Of a DNA stretch of 64,000 nucleotides, positions 48,303 to 59,419 are shown piece after piece; the stretch's first letter is position 1; every line of letters begins with the position of its first letter. Both the position numbers and the translations under genes were made by a program. This DNA comes from an uncultured Candidatus Saccharibacteria bacterium (GTDB lineage: Bacteria; Patescibacteriota; Minisyncoccia; Phycocordibacterales; PALSA-1337), in the NCBI GenBank assembly GCA_964495685.1, contig CAZBVQ010000001.1, forward strand, positions 297,521 to 361,520, given 5' to 3'. The notes beneath the pieces are model-generated. The model had not been told where the DNA came from and searched no databases. It saw nothing but the letters and a program-made list of their open reading frames with translations.

Positions 48303-48896
48303 ATGTCAACCATCTCAACAGAACAAGTCAAAGCCCTCCGTGATCAGACCGGTATTTCGGTCATGCAGTGTCGCAAGGCTCTCGAAGAGGCGGGTGGTGA
48401 TATGGACAAGGCTCTCGTCATTCTCCGCAAGAAGAGTGGTGAGCTTGCCGCCAAGAAAGGTGACCGTACGTTCGGTTCAGGTACTGTACAGGCATACGTT
48501 CATGCCAATGGTAGTGTAGCTGCTATGGTTGAGCTCAACTGCGAGACTGATTTCGTGTCCAACAATGACGAATTCAAGACCCTTGCTCGCGATATTGCTA
48601 TGCACGTCGCTGCTACCAATCCCAAATTCCTCAAGAAGGAAGACATTACCGAAGCTGACATGAAGGTCGCTCGTGAAGTCTTCGAAAATGAAGTCAAAGA
48701 CAAGCCGGCGGCCATGAAAGACAAGATTCTCCAGGGCAAGCTTGATACGTATTTCGCCGAGATGGTGCTCCTCAGTCAGCCCTTCATTAAGAATCCCGAT
48801 ATCACCATTCAGGGGTTGGTAGATGCGGCTGTTCAGAAATTCGGTGAGAAGACAGCCATTGCCCGCTTCAAGCGATTCAAGGTCCTCGAGAACTAA
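48303..48896 (+). CDS. tsf: Elongation factor Ts (short form)
   Basis: VKALR..TG...MQCRKAL, ELNCETDFV; start moved to 48303. Confidence 0.96.
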   Translation: MSTISTEQVKALRDQTGISVMQCRKALEEAGGDMDKALVILRKKSGELAAKKGDRTFGSGTVQAYVHANGSVAAMVELNCETDFVSNNDEFKTLARDIAMHVAATNPKFLKKEDITEADMKVAREVFENEVKDKPAAMKDKILQGKLDTYFAEMVLLSQPFIKNPDITIQGLVDAAVQKFGEKTAIARFKRFKVLEN

Positions 48897-48935
48897 ATTC
48901 ACGATTCATGAGTCACGATTCATGAATCTAACATT

Positions 48936-49310
48936 ATGTACACGACCATCGGCATATTTTACGGCTCACTTATTGTCATCCTTGCGATGATTCTCTTGAA
49001 ACGTCGTGAAGTCAAGACAGGTCATCCGACTATGGTGTCGCGACTTGGGCGGGGAAGCGATCATTTCTTCCATGCCATTTTTTCGGCTGTAGGAAATGCG
49101 TTCTCATATCTCAACAAACACACATTTGTAGCTCTTGGTCATTGGATTGCATTCCACATTCTGGTCCATATCCGTCGCGTATACGTGGAGATCAAGGACT
49201 CGTTCCTCAAGACGCCTCAGGGCAAGAAAATGCTCGATGCGGTGCGTGGCCGAGGAGAAATCAAGGATCATGGGGCATCGTTCTATTTAAGGAGGATTTC
49301 GGATAAGTAA
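48936..49310 (+). CDS. Membrane hypothetical protein
   Basis: N-terminal TM helix, host-like codon usage. Confidence 0.65.
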   Translation: MYTTIGIFYGSLIVILAMILLKRREVKTGHPTMVSRLGRGSDHFFHAIFSAVGNAFSYLNKHTFVALGHWIAFHILVHIRRVYVEIKDSFLKTPQGKKMLDAVRGRGEIKDHGASFYLRRISDK

Positions 49311-49478
49311 AATCCATAAGCTGTTTTCGTAGGTGTTTTTCTTGCGAAAAGGTCAAAAAATTGATAGAGTTTGAGCTGTGACTTTTTACGTGTGTCATTT
49401 TGCCATCTTAACTCCCCCCTTCGCTCAAAATTGCATTTGAGCTTCGGATTGGCAGGCAGTAGTACGTATCTATTGTTT

Positions 49479-49520
49479 GCACTTCGAAGCTCCGATGTAA
49501 TCATCGGAGCGAAGTAGTGC
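49479..49520. repeat. REP-like hairpin GCACTTC-GAAGCT...AGCGAA-GTAGTGC overlapping the tRNA-Thr 5' end
   Basis: Same internal motif as 462 and 62767. Confidence 0.65.
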
Positions 49521-49591
49521 CGCCTTAGCTCAGTTGGTAGAGCAACGCTTTTGTAAAGCGAAGGTCCCCAGTTCAAGTCTGGGAGGCGGCT
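49519..49591 (+). tRNA. tRNA-Thr(TGT)
   Basis: GCCGCCT/AGGCGGC acceptor stem, anticodon loop TTTGTAA, GTTCAAGT T-loop. Confidence 0.95.
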
Positions 49592-49611
49592 CTGAAATTC
49601 TCTTATCACAG

Positions 49612-50283
49612 CTACTTCTTCACAGCTGTCGTAGTCGCTGTACTCGTCGCTGTCAATTCTGGCAGTAACGCACCAATATCATCGAGTGACTTGAATCCGT
49701 TGTATGTTTTACCCTTGATAATAAGTGCAGGGAAAGGAGCTTTGACTTTGTTGATATTGGCGAGAGTTTTCAGCGCGGAAACATCTAGATCATAGTCGAA
49801 CGAATAGATACGCAGATTTTCTGGATGATGTTGACGGATGTAGGTAAGAACTTCTGCTTGGCGAGCGCAATCGGGACAATCATTGTTATAAAAATAAAGT
49901 ATAGTAGTTGGACGTTTCGGACACTTTGCAGCCGCTCCACCAATGAGGAGGTAATCTTTGATTTCGAGGAGGGAATAGTAACGCTTCAGGGTGATGACTT
50001 CTGAGTCATCGGCTTTACCCACGGATTCCATGTAGGAGAGTCGATCTGCCAGGTTTCCCAATTCTTGCCCCAATGTGGAGCTGAAAAGGTCGTCGCAGGC
50101 AGCTTCTTTGAGGAGGTTGAACTGGGTCTCTGACGAGAGAATGTTGATGGATACCGAGTCTTGCAGGCCACGCATCTCGCTCAAGCGACTATCGTTGATG
50201 CGTGAACTTATGGCAAATGCCGTCACGAATATGATGGCTGTAATGACGAATGCGAGGCCGTATTTCTTCCAGTCTTGGGGCAT
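49612..50283 (-). CDS. Membrane-anchored protein with C-terminal thioredoxin-like domain
   Basis: N-terminal TM, ILYFY..DCPDC, P.LII.G. Confidence 0.7.
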   Translation of the reverse strand: MPQDWKKYGLAFVITAIIFVTAFAISSRINDSRLSEMRGLQDSVSINILSSETQFNLLKEAACDDLFSSTLGQELGNLADRLSYMESVGKADDSEVITLKRYYSLLEIKDYLLIGGAAAKCPKRPTTILYFYNNDCPDCARQAEVLTYIRQHHPENLRIYSFDYDLDVSALKTLANINKVKAPFPALIIKGKTYNGFKSLDDIGALLPELTATSTATTTAVKK

Positions 50284-50324
50284 GGATATACACTAAGGTA
50301 TTTTGGTGGGGTTGTAAACCAACT

Positions 50325-51575
50325 TTACCTCCACGCTGCCTGTTTACTCAAAGCCACATTCGCCACTGAACGGATGATCCAGAAGGGTGCAATCAATGAA
50401 TAGAGGAAGGTGTAGCAGGCTAGGTCAACCAATTTTGGCTTATTGCCACTGGAAAGTCGTGAACCAATCCAGATAATAGTGAAGACCGTGACGATGGCGA
50501 TGATGCCACCGAACATGATAGGACTGGTACGCATGTAGAACCAGTTGAATGTAGGCCACGACCACTCGAAGGCACGCAGACCGAGAGCGTCAAAGCGGCT
50601 TATATACATGTGTATGGAATTGATGAAGTCGTACAAGAATGTGGTGACTACAAATATGATGGCTGCTGTAGAGATGAGCATGAATGGCAGGATGAAACCA
50701 CCAATATGACCGAAGTTCGGGCTGAAGACCATGCGACGATAATCGCGGACATTGTGCAAGAAGCCTGACGTCCAGCGAACGCGCTGTTTGTAGAGCTTGG
50801 GAATGGTGCGGGGTGATGATGTATAGACGACAGCGTCATGGGCATTGGCAATCTTCATACCGTGACTTTGCATACGCAATGCCATCTCCATATCCTCAGT
50901 ATTGTGAGCTTTCTTGTAGTAACCGATTTCTTCGAAGACGTTTTTTCTGAAAATAGAGAATGGGCCAGGGGTAACATAGAGTGCATTTAATTCTGCCAGA
51001 ACGCTGCGCAAGAATACGCCGAGAATATACTCGACTTTCTGGAGGCGCTGAATGATCGTTTTTGCATTATAGATATGAAGTGAAGGTACTACGGCCATGA
51101 CATCTGTTTGTTCAAAACGTCTCATGATACGGATCAGAGCATCTTTTTCTGCATACGAATCAGCGTCGAGACATCCCACGAATGGGGTAGTGGCATTCTT
51201 GATGGCCATGTTGAGTGCCGTATGTTTGCCACCATTTTCTTTGCTGATTATTTCTATGTTTGAATACGCCCGATATTTTTCGAGAGATGCGAGAGTGTTA
51301 TCGGTTGAACCATCATTCACGGCAACGATCTTGAGCTTGTCTTGGGGATAATCGAGCGCAAGTAATGACTCGATGGTTTTACCAGCGGTTTTCTCCTCGT
51401 TATAGCAAGGTACAACGATGGTAACTGCAGGAAGGTCGTGATGGATCATTGCAGGGCTCAAAACGCGCCCCTGGAGGGTTTTACGGCGTTCTATATAGGT
51501 AATCAGCATGAATACCTCGAAGTACAATGAGAGAAAAAGCACCGCCAGAGTGATGATGTCGCGAGAGGATTCCAT
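50325..51575 (-). CDS. Processive GT2 glycosyltransferase (PgaC/IcaA/CesA-like)
   Basis: VPCYNEE, VNDGSTD, LDADS, TED, QRVRW, TM helices. Confidence 0.92.
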   Translation of the reverse strand: MESSRDIITLAVLFLSLYFEVFMLITYIERRKTLQGRVLSPAMIHHDLPAVTIVVPCYNEEKTAGKTIESLLALDYPQDKLKIVAVNDGSTDNTLASLEKYRAYSNIEIISKENGGKHTALNMAIKNATTPFVGCLDADSYAEKDALIRIMRRFEQTDVMAVVPSLHIYNAKTIIQRLQKVEYILGVFLRSVLAELNALYVTPGPFSIFRKNVFEEIGYYKKAHNTEDMEMALRMQSHGMKIANAHDAVVYTSSPRTIPKLYKQRVRWTSGFLHNVRDYRRMVFSPNFGHIGGFILPFMLISTAAIIFVVTTFLYDFINSIHMYISRFDALGLRAFEWSWPTFNWFYMRTSPIMFGGIIAIVTVFTIIWIGSRLSSGNKPKLVDLACYTFLYSLIAPFWIIRSVANVALSKQAAWR

Positions 51576-51646
51576 TGCGAAAAGTATGCCATATGTTGAG
51601 GGTTTTATCCATAGGAAAGGTGGGAATTTCTTGGTAGGATGTCTCT

Positions 51647-51865
51647 ATGAAGCTCGGTATCTACAAACATTCCAAGAAAGGCACTCTCTATCGAGTGATC
51701 GGTGTCGCCGCACATTCTGAGACACTCGAACCGATGGTTATCTACGAGGCGCAGTATGACAACCCCGTTTCGAAACTATGGGCACGACCAGCATCGATGT
51801 TCGAGGATATTGTTGAAGTTGATGGTAAGAAAGTACCACGATTTGTTTTTGTGAGTGAAAGTTAA
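51647..51865 (+). CDS. DUF1653 domain protein
   Basis: G.Y.H.K...Y.V...A.HSET.E..V.Y, WARP..MF, PRF. Confidence 0.9.
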   Translation: MKLGIYKHSKKGTLYRVIGVAAHSETLEPMVIYEAQYDNPVSKLWARPASMFEDIVEVDGKKVPRFVFVSES

Positions 51866-51866
51866 T

Positions 51867-52358
51867 ATGAAGTCACATATTTCTATTATTGGTATGCCAT
51901 GGAGTGGAAAGAGTACCATAGCGTATGCGCTCGCCAAAAAACTCGGATGGAATTTTATTGACCTTGATAAAGAGGTTGAGCGTGTTGAGGAGAAGAATTT
52001 AATTGATGTTATGAACGAAAAAGGGCCTGAATATTTCAGGAAGATGGAATATGGTTTTTTGCTTAATCTGAGCGAACCAACGGTGATTTCACCAGCCGGG
52101 AGTATTATTTATTATGAACCTGCGTTACGGTGGTTACAGGATAATTCGCGTGTAATTTTTCTTAATACACCAATTGAAATCATCAAATCTCGCATGGAAG
52201 GTAATCCCAAGGCAGTTTCCGATTTATCAGATGGAATTGATGCGTTATTTAGCAAACGTTTTCCTTTGTACCATGGGAGTGCAGATTACACTGTTGATAC
52301 ACAGGGAAAAGAAGTGCAACAAATTGTCGACAGAATAATGACGTTATTGCGAATGTGA
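51867..52358 (+). CDS. aroK: Shikimate kinase family protein
   Basis: IGMP.SGKST, FIDLD, G..YFR..E, R.PLY. Confidence 0.75.
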   Translation: MKSHISIIGMPWSGKSTIAYALAKKLGWNFIDLDKEVERVEEKNLIDVMNEKGPEYFRKMEYGFLLNLSEPTVISPAGSIIYYEPALRWLQDNSRVIFLNTPIEIIKSRMEGNPKAVSDLSDGIDALFSKRFPLYHGSADYTVDTQGKEVQQIVDRIMTLLRM

Positions 52359-52361
52359 TTT

Positions 52362-53495
52362 CTACCTAATCTTCGCCCCAAAAGCCTTGATCGTCTCTCC
52401 CTCTATTTTCTTGTGCAAAGCATCCACTTCTTCATTGGTGAGCGTCTTATCAAGTGATCTGTAGGTAATACGGTAGGCATAGCTTATGTTGCCCTCGCCG
52501 AATTTCTTGGCGTTCTCATATTTGTCGATAAGCTCGACTTCCTCGACCATATCAGGAGCCGTCTCGCGTACGAGGTCGAAATAGTCATTGGGCACGAATG
52601 TATTTTTGACGATGAATGAAATGTCACGCACCACAGACGGATATTTGCTGACTTCGATGAACTTGTTGCCCAGCACCAGCTGTTTGATGACGCGCTTGTC
52701 ATCTGACCAGAGCAGGCGGATATCGGGAAGCTGCATGCTGATGATGGCGAGACGTTCAAGTCCAAATCCGAAAGCCCAACCATTGTAGCCTTCGATGCCG
52801 AAATCTTTGAGCACTGTCGGACGTGGCATACCACCGCCAAGGATTTCTATCCACTGACCGTTGATTTGGACTTCTACTTCGAGTGATGGATCTGTGTACG
52901 GGAAGGTATCGACATTGAAACGAAAAACCGTGTCTTGACCGAACACACTACGCACAATTTCTGAGAGGACATTCTTGAGGTCATCGAGAACCAGGACTTT
53001 TTTGTCATTGGGGACGAGGTATAGGCCACCCATCTGGTGGAAGATATTCATGTGATGACGATCAATCTCATCCTTACGGTAGACCTTGCCGTAACACATG
53101 ACACCAATGTTCTCTTTGTTGGCGATTTTCTGCTTGATTTCGGGCAGATTCAAATAGTAATACCACATGACGGTGTCGTGGGTACGTAAGACATTTGTGC
53201 CATTGATGTAATAGGTATCTGACTTGCTACGTGCAGGGTGATCTGCGGCGAAGTTGAAGAGGTCGAAGAGGATACTCGTCGGGATGACTTCGGGAATATC
53301 GATATGATCGAAATCCTTGAGGACAGGCAGAGTGGTGACGCGCTTCATGATCTCATTCAATGGACTTCCTGCGGTGCGAGAAAGATCCGCCATAGCGAGA
53401 TAGCGTTTGATTCTCTTTGCCTCGATATCATCTCGTTTATTGAATTCGGCCAGAAGGGCCTTCTCCTCGTCTCGGGGAACAACATAGTTTTTCAT
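52362..53495 (-). CDS. pheS: Phenylalanine-tRNA ligase catalytic domain fused to an FDX-ACB anticodon-binding domain
   Basis: HPAR...DTYY, LRTH, KVYR.DEID..H, FPYTDPS, GWAFG.GLERLA, then SKYP...RDISF, YRS..KTLT.EEV. Confidence 0.9.
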   Translation of the reverse strand: MKNYVVPRDEEKALLAEFNKRDDIEAKRIKRYLAMADLSRTAGSPLNEIMKRVTTLPVLKDFDHIDIPEVIPTSILFDLFNFAADHPARSKSDTYYINGTNVLRTHDTVMWYYYLNLPEIKQKIANKENIGVMCYGKVYRKDEIDRHHMNIFHQMGGLYLVPNDKKVLVLDDLKNVLSEIVRSVFGQDTVFRFNVDTFPYTDPSLEVEVQINGQWIEILGGGMPRPTVLKDFGIEGYNGWAFGFGLERLAIISMQLPDIRLLWSDDKRVIKQLVLGNKFIEVSKYPSVVRDISFIVKNTFVPNDYFDLVRETAPDMVEEVELIDKYENAKKFGEGNISYAYRITYRSLDKTLTNEEVDALHKKIEGETIKAFGAKIR

Positions 53496-53713
53496 AGGTA
53501 TCAGTGTAGTTAAAAAGAGGGGAAATGTAAAGAAATTAAGCTGAACACATTTTTTGCGTTTTGTGAGCTTGTGCACATCTGTCTGACTGATACAATTCAG
53601 GCACATTCACACACTAAGGTCGCCGCATACATTTCAAACATATATCTACTCAGTTTAGTCATTTAGGAAATGCGGACATCGGGCTCGATTATCACCATAA
53701 TTAACTATTATGC

Positions 53714-54205
53714 ATGTCTACAACCATGACTATTTCACCGTTACAACCAATGAGGCAGGAGTATGTGACTAGAGGAGAGTTTATTAGACTTGAGACCAAA
53801 GTCGATGAGGGATTCGAGGTGTCTTTCAAGCATATGGATACGATTGAGAGTAAGATTGATGCCTTCAAACAAGAAACAAGTAAAAGGTTTGATGAGCAGA
53901 AAACGTATGTCGGCGATGGGTTCAAGAAAGTGTTCGACCAGCTTGACTCTGTCGAAAGTAATTTGGGTAACAAGATAGATAAGTTGGAACTCAGGTTCGA
54001 TACACTAGAAAATAGGTTTGATACGTTAGAAAATAGATTCGATACACTGGAAGACAGATTTGATACGTTAGAAAACAAATTCGGTACACTAGGAAAAAAA
54101 TTCGATACACTTGAGAACAAAGTCGACAGTTTGGGCGCGAAAGTCGATACTATCTCAACGCAAATCACGTCGCTTACTAAAATTGTTACCAATTCTAACA
54201 GATAA
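53714..54205 (+). CDS. Heptad-repeat coiled-coil protein
   Basis: EYVTRGEF followed by (RFDTLEN)n. Confidence 0.75.
   Translation: MSTTMTISPLQPMRQEYVTRGEFIRLETKVDEGFEVSFKHMDTIESKIDAFKQETSKRFDEQKTYVGDGFKKVFDQLDSVESNLGNKIDKLELRFDTLENRFDTLENRFDTLEDRFDTLENKFGTLGKKFDTLENKVDSLGAKVDTISTQITSLTKIVTNSNR
53993..54118 (+). repeat. Six 21-bp tandem repeats encoding [RK]F[DG]TL[EG][NDK]
   Basis: Direct repeats read in the sequence, with alternating codon variants. Confidence 0.85.
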
Positions 54206-54209
54206 AGAT

Positions 54210-54434
54210 ATGTCTAAAAGGATAAAAAAAGTTGAAGAGCATCATTCTACGCCTTCATATTTTGATGATATGTCCGTGAAAATAGTGCGGAACGGTACAT
54301 CAAAAGAGGATAAGAATTTCATGATGGATGATCCACGCTTTACTCCAGAAGCCATGGAGAAAAGGGCAAGGCTAAATTCCTTGAAGATTAGGCGTACATC
54401 AAAGAAAAATATCCTCACAAAATTTAGTAGATAA
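54210..54434 (+). CDS. Small basic hypothetical protein
   Basis: ATG 4 nt after the coiled-coil gene stop. Confidence 0.45.
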   Translation: MSKRIKKVEEHHSTPSYFDDMSVKIVRNGTSKEDKNFMMDDPRFTPEAMEKRARLNSLKIRRTSKKNILTKFSR

Positions 54435-54485
54435 AAAAGAGCCCTCCCGTCGCCGAGGCGGGGGAGGGTGAGAGGGACGGACGGG

Positions 54486-55004
54486 TCAGTTTTTGGTGGC
54501 GGGTTCGTCAGGTCCGATGGAACAAGATTTCCAGCCGGCCAAGATGGCGATTGCCTTCGGAAGGATGAACCGGACGTAAAACTCACGAAGGTCGTCCGTT
54601 TCGATACCCGTCTCATCGCTCATCCGACGGAGCTTGGAGAGGCTGTCTCCGGAGACCATGAGTCCGACGTTTTCAACCAACTTCAACGCGACTTTCTCAA
54701 GCCCGTTTTGGTTGAGCCGATATTCGCGCTCAAGTTGGGGGACCATTCCTTCATTGAACTCCGCCTTGAGGGCGGCCGGAAGCATGATGCGAAAACCAAA
54801 CTCGAAGTAATCTTCAGGTGCGATCCCCAAGGCGCGCCCCTTCTTTCGTAAGTGAGAGGCGGCTCCTTGGCCGATGCTGATCTCTTCGCGGGTTGCCTGA
54901 TACTTCGCGATTGCCAAGGCAATTTCCTCAGCCCGGTCGACGGTCATCTGCGATCCTATTGCTTTCATTTGTTTTGCTTTCTTTTGTGCTTTTTCCGGAA
55001 TCAT
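54486..55004 (-). CDS. Hypothetical protein (orphan cassette)
   Basis: TG-TATAAT promoter near 55072-55078 on the minus strand, GC hairpin at 54441-54468. Confidence 0.55.
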   Translation of the reverse strand: MIPEKAQKKAKQMKAIGSQMTVDRAEEIALAIAKYQATREEISIGQGAASHLRKKGRALGIAPEDYFEFGFRIMLPAALKAEFNEGMVPQLEREYRLNQNGLEKVALKLVENVGLMVSGDSLSKLRRMSDETGIETDDLREFYVRFILPKAIAILAGWKSCSIGPDEPATKN

Positions 55005-55219
55005 CCGGATCGTTTTTTTGTTTGTGCCAGCGTTTGTGCGGGATAACTCCCTAAGTTGCTAGCCGACAAATTATACCATATTTTATTTAAAAAGCAAATA
55101 TTCTATTCTTTTTTTATCCCCACATTCCTCGATTTTAGGGCCAAAAACCCGCTTTCTTTGTCCCCTCAAATTTGCTATAATTAGAGACGTAACAAGAGTG
55201 GAATCCAGAGGCAAGATAG

Positions 55220-57558
<2,339 letters not shown>

Positions 57559-57575
57559 AGTGTCTTAATTATAAC

Positions 57576-57767
57576 TTATTTTGTAAAGTAAATACTTAAT
57601 ACCCAACATGCGGAAGAGAGGACCATTCCTGAAATAACAAGTAACCAATTAGTTGCACCTGTTACTACTGGTTCAATAAGTATTGAAGCGAAAAAAACTT
57701 GGCCTATCGCTACAAATATATCGCATAGTGTCGCAGCCCTACCTTTTGTAATAGTGAATGTATTCAT
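57576..57767 (-). CDS. Small two-TM membrane protein
   Basis: DIFVAIGQVFFASILIEP plus a second TM helix; start uncertain. Confidence 0.55.
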   Translation of the reverse strand: MNTFTITKGRAATLCDIFVAIGQVFFASILIEPVVTGATNWLLVISGMVLSSACWVLSIYFTK

Positions 57768-57847
57768 GCGTCCAGATTGTAGCAATGAATTACTATTCAT
57801 CACACTCCCGCCGAAAGGGGATATTGTGTGGAAAAAATACGGCATAC

Positions 57848-57940
57848 CCTCTCACGACACAATTCTTCCATGACAAGCCGAAAATGTAGCCAGCGATCAG
57901 CGCTTTGAGGCTTGGAAGGGAGGAATTGTGTCGTGAGAGG
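57848..57940. mobile_element. 93-bp intergenic palindromic element
   Basis: 22-bp IR with 1 mismatch, inner CAAGCC/GGCTTG stem, loop similar to the tsaD element. Confidence 0.65.
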
Positions 57941-57961
57941 AGAACTGTTGAAAAATCCGTC

Positions 57962-58420
57962 TTACACCGTCTTCACTTTGAGCTTGGACTGCCTCTTCTT
58001 GTCGAGCTTCGGCAGCTTGAGGATGAGCAAACCATGCTTCTCGACAGCTTCTGCTTCGTCGACATCGATCTCTTCGGGGAGCTGGATGGTGCGCGAGAAC
58101 GAACCCCAGAATAATTCACGAGCAAAATAGTCTTCATCGCGAGCGACACGCTCTTCTTCACGTGAACCACGAATAGTGATTTGGTCACGGGTGATAGATA
58201 CATCCAAATCCTCCGGGCGAACACCAGCAATCATAGATTTGACCACAATCATATCAGCGGTCTGATAGACATCGATAGTCAATTCAGCGTCTTTGTCCTC
58301 TTCTTCGACCCACGAGGCGGCGTCAGTAGGGGCCTTTTTGACAGGCTTGGTCTCTTGTTCCTCGTCCATACGGACGGTACCAGTGAGACGTTCGAAGAAT
58401 GATCGCTTTTCTTTTGCCAT
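57962..58420 (-). CDS. Small heat shock protein (Hsp20/alpha-crystallin)
   Basis: DVYQT, AGV.PEDL, WGSFSRTI.LP, GLL.LKLPK. Confidence 0.93.
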   Translation of the reverse strand: MAKEKRSFFERLTGTVRMDEEQETKPVKKAPTDAASWVEEEDKDAELTIDVYQTADMIVVKSMIAGVRPEDLDVSITRDQITIRGSREEERVARDEDYFARELFWGSFSRTIQLPEEIDVDEAEAVEKHGLLILKLPKLDKKRQSKLKVKTV

Positions 58421-58556
58421 GGGTTGCTGTTTAAAAAATAGTAAGGATTTACAACCATTATACGCTACGGGACTGATTCGGGAAAGTTTGATAAAGCTTG
58501 CTAACCTGTGTACAACTTGATTCGATGGTTTCTAGGCGAGACCTAGACATACCCGA

Positions 58557-59246
58557 CTACCACAGTTTGGGTCGGACTACCTTTATCTCTTCGAATAGGA
58601 TGATCATGATGACAACGCCACCCCAAATCCACGAAAACGTCCTCAGTGTGTCGCTCGCACTGGCTTCCATAATGGAGAGGTTGAATGAAGTGTGGATGAC
58701 GATCGCGGCGATGATACCGACGATGGCCGCAATAATCTTCGCCAGACGGCCGTGATAGAAGAAATACCCGATACAGAATCCTATAGTTGCAGAACTGACG
58801 ATATGGAGTAGGGTGGCACCGATGAATCTCATGTTTCCGGTGATGATACTGCGAGCGACCTCACCTCCTGAGAGTGGGTCCATGATGAAGAAGGCATTTT
58901 CGAGAGCTGAGAAGCCGAGTGCTACCACAATACAATAGATCATGGCGTCGATAGGCTCATCGTTTGCTTGTGAACGTAGCCCAATCACCGCTATGGCGAT
59001 GAATTTGAGAATTTCCTCAGTGGCTGCCCACAGTGTGTAGCGTATCGTGGGATCTGTATATAGGTCGGCAATGTATTTCTCAATAAACAACGCAGCGACG
59101 ACGGCTAGAATGCCACCGAAGAAACAGGCGACGAGGAGGGATCGTGGCTCGGGGTGTTGGCGGTCTTCACGGAGCCAGAAGAAGAGCCAGATGAGGGTGG
59201 GGAGGATGCCGGAAAGGAGAGCGTAGAGAAGAGCAGTAGCTGACAT
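58557..59246 (-). CDS. PrsW-family intramembrane protein
   Basis: PEP, EE..KF, ALGF.A.EN, H...S, H..FN. Confidence 0.9.
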   Translation of the reverse strand: MSATALLYALLSGILPTLIWLFFWLREDRQHPEPRSLLVACFFGGILAVVAALFIEKYIADLYTDPTIRYTLWAATEEILKFIAIAVIGLRSQANDEPIDAMIYCIVVALGFSALENAFFIMDPLSGGEVARSIITGNMRFIGATLLHIVSSATIGFCIGYFFYHGRLAKIIAAIVGIIAAIVIHTSFNLSIMEASASDTLRTFSWIWGGVVIMIILFEEIKVVRPKLW

Positions 59247-59419
59247 GGCATGAATTATAGCAGGAGGAGTGCGGGCTTGACAAATTGTGTATTTATTGCT
59301 AGAAAACTATCAGATTCACTAGTTTGTCCGACACTGAATGTTCCGATCGCTGATGCGATTGTGGGGGCGCTCCTGTTGAGTTTCCCCTTGAATATAAGGT
59401 GTCAAACCTGATCCCGAAA

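Noticed and set aside
53993-54118. Possible CRISPR array
   Set aside because: Repeats are contiguous with no spacers, vary at synonymous positions and encode heptads; no cas genes
59300-59400. Riboswitch upstream of the secreted protein (also 4500-4570 and the gyrB leader)
   Set aside because: Some pairing potential but no match to a riboswitch consensus I can recognise
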